Source: Candidatus Aldehydirespirator catecholifindens
GTDB taxonomy: Bacteria; Actinomycetota; Acidimicrobiia; Acidimicrobiales; Aldehydirespiratoraceae
Assembly: GCA_028283245.1 (NCBI GenBank)
Contig: JAPYNU010000086.1
Location: 8 to 64,007, forward strand
Direction: 5' to 3'
Length of the DNA: 64,000 bases
Positions 60,455 through 64,000 of this stretch are shown here, one piece after another. Within the stretch, counting starts at the first letter, position 1. Each line of letters opens with the position of its first letter. The position numbers were made by a program, and so were the translations under genes. A model generated the notes under the pieces. That model saw nothing but the letters and a program-made list of their open reading frames with translations. It did not search any database and was not told where the DNA came from.

Positions 60455-61174
60455 TCAGCCACGCACTTTCACCATGGCCGGGCGTAGCACTCGACCGTTC
60501 CAGGCGTATCCAGTGCGAAACACTTCCGCCACTAGTTGCACCGACTGAGATTCGTCCGATGACGGCTCGGTTGTCACGGCTTCATGAAATTCAGGATCGA
60601 ACGGTTCGTCAGCTTGCCCGAGCACTGTGAGTCCCTCAGCGATGAGCACGCCGAGCAGTTGCGACTGCAACGGTTCGATCCCGGCAACGCCTTGACTGAC
60701 CGCTGCTTCGCATGCGTCAAGCACCACAAGCATCTTTTTGACCAACCCCGAAGCGGCTTGTGCCACTACGTCAGTGTTGCGCCTAGCGGTCTGGCGCTTG
60801 AAGTTAGCGAACTCTGCTGTCAGCCGCTGAAGATCCGCCAGATGAGCATCGCGCTGAGCGATGATCTCTGCAAGATCGGCTGCACCATTTTCAGCGGCAT
60901 CCTCAACGAAAGTCTCACCTGTCAAAGCATTCTCATCGGGCGTGTCGGCCTCACCCGGCGCGGCAGCCTCATTCGACGCGTCAGCTTCGCTTAGCACGTC
61001 GACTTCACTCTCACCCTTCGCAGGCTCAGGGCGAAACTTGAGGTTGGACTCAGCATCGGCGGCATTTTTGCCAGTGGCAGCGTCGACAGGCGGCTCACCC
61101 GCAGCTTCGAGGTTTTCGGTGTTGCCAGACACGAATTCATTCATGACTTCGCCAGATCTCGACTCGCTGTTCAC
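60455..61174 (-). CDS. grpE: nucleotide exchange factor GrpE
   Basis: 239 aa. Acidic N-terminus, coiled-coil, and C-terminal FDPEFHEAV...[18 protein letters not shown] overlap with the dnaK stop. Confidence 0.9.
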   Translation of the reverse strand: MNSESRSGEVMNEFVSGNTENLEAAGEPPVDAATGKNAADAESNLKFRPEPAKGESEVDVLSEADASNEAAAPGEADTPDENALTGETFVEDAAENGAADLAEIIAQRDAHLADLQRLTAEFANFKRQTARRNTDVVAQAASGLVKKMLVVLDACEAAVSQGVAGIEPLQSQLLGVLIAEGLTVLGQADEPFDPEFHEAVTTEPSSDESQSVQLVAEVFRTGYAWNGRVLRPAMVKVRG

Positions 61175-63018
61175 GCAGTCTTGCGTTCGTCGTCGTCAAC
61201 GATCTCAGCGTCAATCACGTCATCGTCATCAGCACCACTAGCAGCATCACTACCAGCAGCGTTCTCGCTGCGATCAGCCGCTGCTGCCGCGTCATACAAC
61301 CTTTGACCGAACTCTTGACTGGCAGTCATTAGCGCTTCGGTGGCCGACTTGATCGCTTCGGTATCTTCGCCGCCCAAGGCGCTGCGTAGCTCATCCAACT
61401 TCGATTTGATAGCCTCTTTCTCGTCGTCGGATGCTGTCTCGCCTTGATCGGACAGAAGCTTCTCAGTCTGATAGACGAGCGCGTCAGCATTGTTGCGGAT
61501 CTCGGCTTCCTTACGGCGCTGCGCGTCCTCAGCGGCGTGAGACTCAGCGTCGGACACCATCTGATTGATCACATCATCAGATAGCGATGACTGCCCTGTG
61601 ATCGTCATCGACTGCTCTTTGCCGGTGGCTTTGTCTTGAGCGCTGACATGCACGATGCCGTTGGCATCAATGTCGAAAGTCACCTCGATCTGAGGCACAT
61701 TGCGAGGCGCTGGCGGTAGATCAACAAGCTGGAACTTGCCCAAAGTCTTGTTGTAGTCGGCCATCTGGCGCTCGCCTTGCAGCACATGAATCTCCACCGA
61801 AGGCTGGCCGTCCTCAGCGGTAGTGAAGATCTCGCTTTTGCGGGTGGGGATAGTGGTGTTGCGCTCGATCAGGGTGGTCATCACACCGCCCTTGGTTTCG
61901 ATACCTAGCGACAGCGGAGTCACGTCAAGCAGCAGCACGTCTTTGACTTCGCCTTTGAGCACTCCCGCCTGAATGGCCGCACCGACAGCTACCACCTCAT
62001 CAGGGTTGACAGTCTTGTTGGGTTCACGACCGGTCATTTCCTGCACAAGTTCGGCTACTGCTGGCATTCGGGTGGATCCTCCAACTAGCACAACATGGTC
62101 AATGTCGCCTTTGGCAACACTGGCATCTGCGATCGCCCGCTCGAAGGGGCCACGGCAGCGGTCAAGCAGCTGCGCTGTTAGTTCCTGGAACTTGGCTCGG
62201 GTCAGTGTGTAGTCCAGATGCAGCGGGCCTTTGTCGGTGGCTGTCACGAAAGGCAGGTTGATCTGAGACGAAGGCGTCTGTGACAACTCGATCTTGGCTT
62301 TCTCGGCAGCCTCTTTGAGGCGCTGCATGGCCATGCCGTCGTTTGCCAGATCTACTCCGTGATCACCTTTGAAAGAGGCCACCAGCCAGTCGATCACGGC
62401 TGTATCCCAGTCGTCGCCGCCGAGTTTGGTGTCGCCCGCTGTGGACTTCACCTCGAACACGCCTTCACCAAGTTCCAGCACCGACACATCGAACGTGCCG
62501 CCACCAAGGTCGAACACCAAGATGGTCTGGTCAGCGGTTTCTTTGTCGAGCCCGTAGGCCAAAGCTGCTGCGGTGGGCTCGTTGATGATGCGCAGCACTT
62601 CGAGCCCGGCGATCTTGCCAGCCTCGCTGGTAGCGGTGCGTTGAGCGTCGTCGAAGTAGGCGGGCACAGTGACCACCGCTTGAGTGACCTTGTCGCCGAG
62701 ATACTCTTCTGCGTCTCGCTTCAGCTTCATCAGCACTCGCGCCGAGATCTCTTGCGAGGCGTAGCTCTTGTCGTCGATCTTGAATTCTTTGGATGTGCCC
62801 ATGTGGCGCTTGACCGAGCGGATCGTGCGATCGGGGTTGGTGATGGCTTGACGTTTGGCGACTTCGCCGACTAGCACTTCGCCGTCGCTAGCGAAGGCCA
62901 CGACGGACGGGGTGGTGCGTGATCCTTCGGCGTTGGCGATCACGACTGGATCACCGCCTTCGAGGACGCTCACCACTGAGTTGGTGGTTCCGAGATCAAT
63001 ACCTACAGCTTTGGCCAT
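61171..63018 (-). CDS. dnaK: molecular chaperone DnaK
   Basis: [16 protein letters not shown] start preceded by aaggagg. [10 protein letters not shown] motif. The track ORF extends upstream to 63123. Confidence 0.95.
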   Translation of the reverse strand: MAKAVGIDLGTTNSVVSVLEGGDPVVIANAEGSRTTPSVVAFASDGEVLVGEVAKRQAITNPDRTIRSVKRHMGTSKEFKIDDKSYASQEISARVLMKLKRDAEEYLGDKVTQAVVTVPAYFDDAQRTATSEAGKIAGLEVLRIINEPTAAALAYGLDKETADQTILVFDLGGGTFDVSVLELGEGVFEVKSTAGDTKLGGDDWDTAVIDWLVASFKGDHGVDLANDGMAMQRLKEAAEKAKIELSQTPSSQINLPFVTATDKGPLHLDYTLTRAKFQELTAQLLDRCRGPFERAIADASVAKGDIDHVVLVGGSTRMPAVAELVQEMTGREPNKTVNPDEVVAVGAAIQAGVLKGEVKDVLLLDVTPLSLGIETKGGVMTTLIERNTTIPTRKSEIFTTAEDGQPSVEIHVLQGERQMADYNKTLGKFQLVDLPPAPRNVPQIEVTFDIDANGIVHVSAQDKATGKEQSMTITGQSSLSDDVINQMVSDAESHAAEDAQRRKEAEIRNNADALVYQTEKLLSDQGETASDDEKEAIKSKLDELRSALGGEDTEAIKSATEALMTASQEFGQRLYDAAAAADRSENAAGSDAASGADDDDVIDAEIVDDDERKTA

Positions 63019-63155
63019 GATGGCTCCTCCTTGTTTTGCTTTCTTCTGTAGTTCGTTGCAGATCTGTCTGATCTGTCTGGTCCGTTCGGTTAGAGGACCT
63101 GATCGCAGACCTTGCAAAGCCATACTAGCAAAGTTCTACGACAACACCAACATAA

Positions 63156-63176
63156 CTTGAGTCGTTCATTGTCAAC
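63156..63176. promoter_or_regulatory. HAIR-like element (HspR operator candidate) overlapping a TTGACA -35-like hexamer upstream of dnaK
   Basis: cttgagt-N7-tgtcaac. One half matches the consensus CTTGAGT-N7-ACTCAAG perfectly and the other matches 4/7. On the dnaK strand it reads GTTGACA-N7-ACTCAAG. Confidence 0.4.
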
Positions 63177-63314
63177 TTTTCTTAGGCTTTCGATTGAATC
63201 TACCGTAGAGCGCCCTAGAAAGTTCACTTCCAAATCCCGAATCAACGCCCGTGTGGCGGCTTAGTCACGTTGCCTTTGGCCGGGGTTCTGCTGCGGGCGG
63301 GTATTTTGGCGTGT

Positions 63315-64000
63315 ATGGCTTGTGACCTGATCCTGTTGCGGCATGGACGCAGCACTTGGAACGACCAGAACCTCTTCACCGGCTGGTATGACTGCGACCT
63401 CAACGACACTGGCCGCGCCGAAGCCCAGCGCGCCGCGGCTCTGCTTAAGACGGCTGAGCTGATCCCCACCGCTGTGCATACGTCGGTGCTGCGCCGCGCC
63501 GTCGAAACCACACGGATCGTGCTGAGCGGTCTAGGCCTCGGCGAGCTCGCTGTGCAGCAGAGTTGGCGGCTCAACGAGCGGCACTACGGCGATCTGACCG
63601 GACTTGACAAGGCCGCTACCCGAGCAGCTCACGGTGATGAACAGTTGCAGCTTTGGCGGCGTAGTTATTCCACCGCCCCGCCACCAATCCGTGCCGACAA
63701 CGAGTTCAACCCCAACACTTCGCCGCTGTATGCCGAGTTGCCTGCGGAACTAGTGCCGCTTTGTGAAAGCCTCGCCGACGTTCAAAAACGCCTGCTGCCC
63801 TACTGGAGCGAGAACATTGTGGCAGACCTGCGTGCTGGTCACACAGTGCTGGTTTCAGCACACGGCAACAGCCTGCGTGCGCTTATCAAGCATCTAGACA
63901 AGATCTCCGACAGTGCCATCGGCGAACTCAACATCCCCACCGGAATGCCATTGCATTATGTGCTGGATTCAGACATGCACCTAGTCGAAACCAAGCCCCC
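63315..64000 (+). CDS. gpmA: 2,3-bisphosphoglycerate-dependent phosphoglycerate mutase (3'-partial, runs off the window)
   Basis: The ATG at 63315 gives MACDLILLRHGRSTWNDQNLFTGW...RLNERHYGDLTGL...SAHGNSLRAL. No stop before 64000. Confidence 0.9.
   Translation, partial: MACDLILLRHGRSTWNDQNLFTGWYDCDLNDTGRAEAQRAAALLKTAELIPTAVHTSVLRRAVETTRIVLSGLGLGELAVQQSWRLNERHYGDLTGLDKAATRAAHGDEQLQLWRRSYSTAPPPIRADNEFNPNTSPLYAELPAELVPLCESLADVQKRLLPYWSENIVADLRAGHTVLVSAHGNSLRALIKHLDKISDSAIGELNIPTGMPLHYVLDSDMHLVETKP

Noticed and set aside
62359-62874. 171 aa ORF antisense to dnaK
   Set aside because: Long antisense frames opposite hsp70 genes are a known by-product of codon bias. There is no start context or motif, and it is fully nested in dnaK.
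63019-63155. CIRCE (HrcA operator) or a second HAIR in the dnaK 5' region. The ctttgc...ctttgcaag direct repeat was also considered.
   Set aside because: There is no TTAGCACTC-N9-GAGTGCTAA-like inverted repeat. The ctttgc repeat is direct, not inverted, and matches no known operator consensus I can name.

Overview
High-GC actinobacterial-type chromosome segment. The taxon call rests on the HspR/dnaK operon, the ClpS-DUF2017 pair, an MMPL transporter and a CtaF-like oxidase segment, and is an inference rather than a search result. About three quarters of the window is ordinary housekeeping. This includes dut, orn, pdxH, serS, a ResA/CcdA cytochrome c maturation pair and a long minus-strand haem-copper oxidase operon running ctaB to ctaCDEF to a CtaG-like gene, with divergent ctaA. 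It also includes clpS, ilvD, a malic enzyme, purBA, the dnaK-grpE-dnaJ-hspR-clpB operon and a partial gpmA.

The accessory part lies at about 22.9-37.5 kb, between an MMPL transporter and a tRNA-Glu/Asp/Phe cluster. It starts with an AT-richer GPP34::cytochrome P450 fusion gene. It then holds an 11.3 kb plus-strand defence-like module. That module encodes an SNF2 helicase with a DUF3883 nuclease-like tail, a DUF1156 Zn-ribbon DNA methyltransferase, a small ORF, a frameshifted Clp-fold (SDH-type) serine protease, and a DUF499 (BrxC-like) ATPase with an N-terminal HEPN domain. A vapBC cassette sits between tRNA-Glu and tRNA-Asp, next to tRNA-Glu-derived fragments. I saw no integrase, transposase or CRISPR array.

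The second notable signal is inside the oxidase operon. A subunit I paralogue there has lost five of the six haem/Cu-ligand histidines. It is paired with a subunit III-like gene and an unknown membrane protein.

A divergent amino-sugar locus lies at 39.2-49.2 kb. It holds an ABC importer, a SIS protein, a DeoR regulator, a DUF2090-like aldolase and a NagA::ROK fusion.

All family assignments come from motif recognition by eye. No database search was run.
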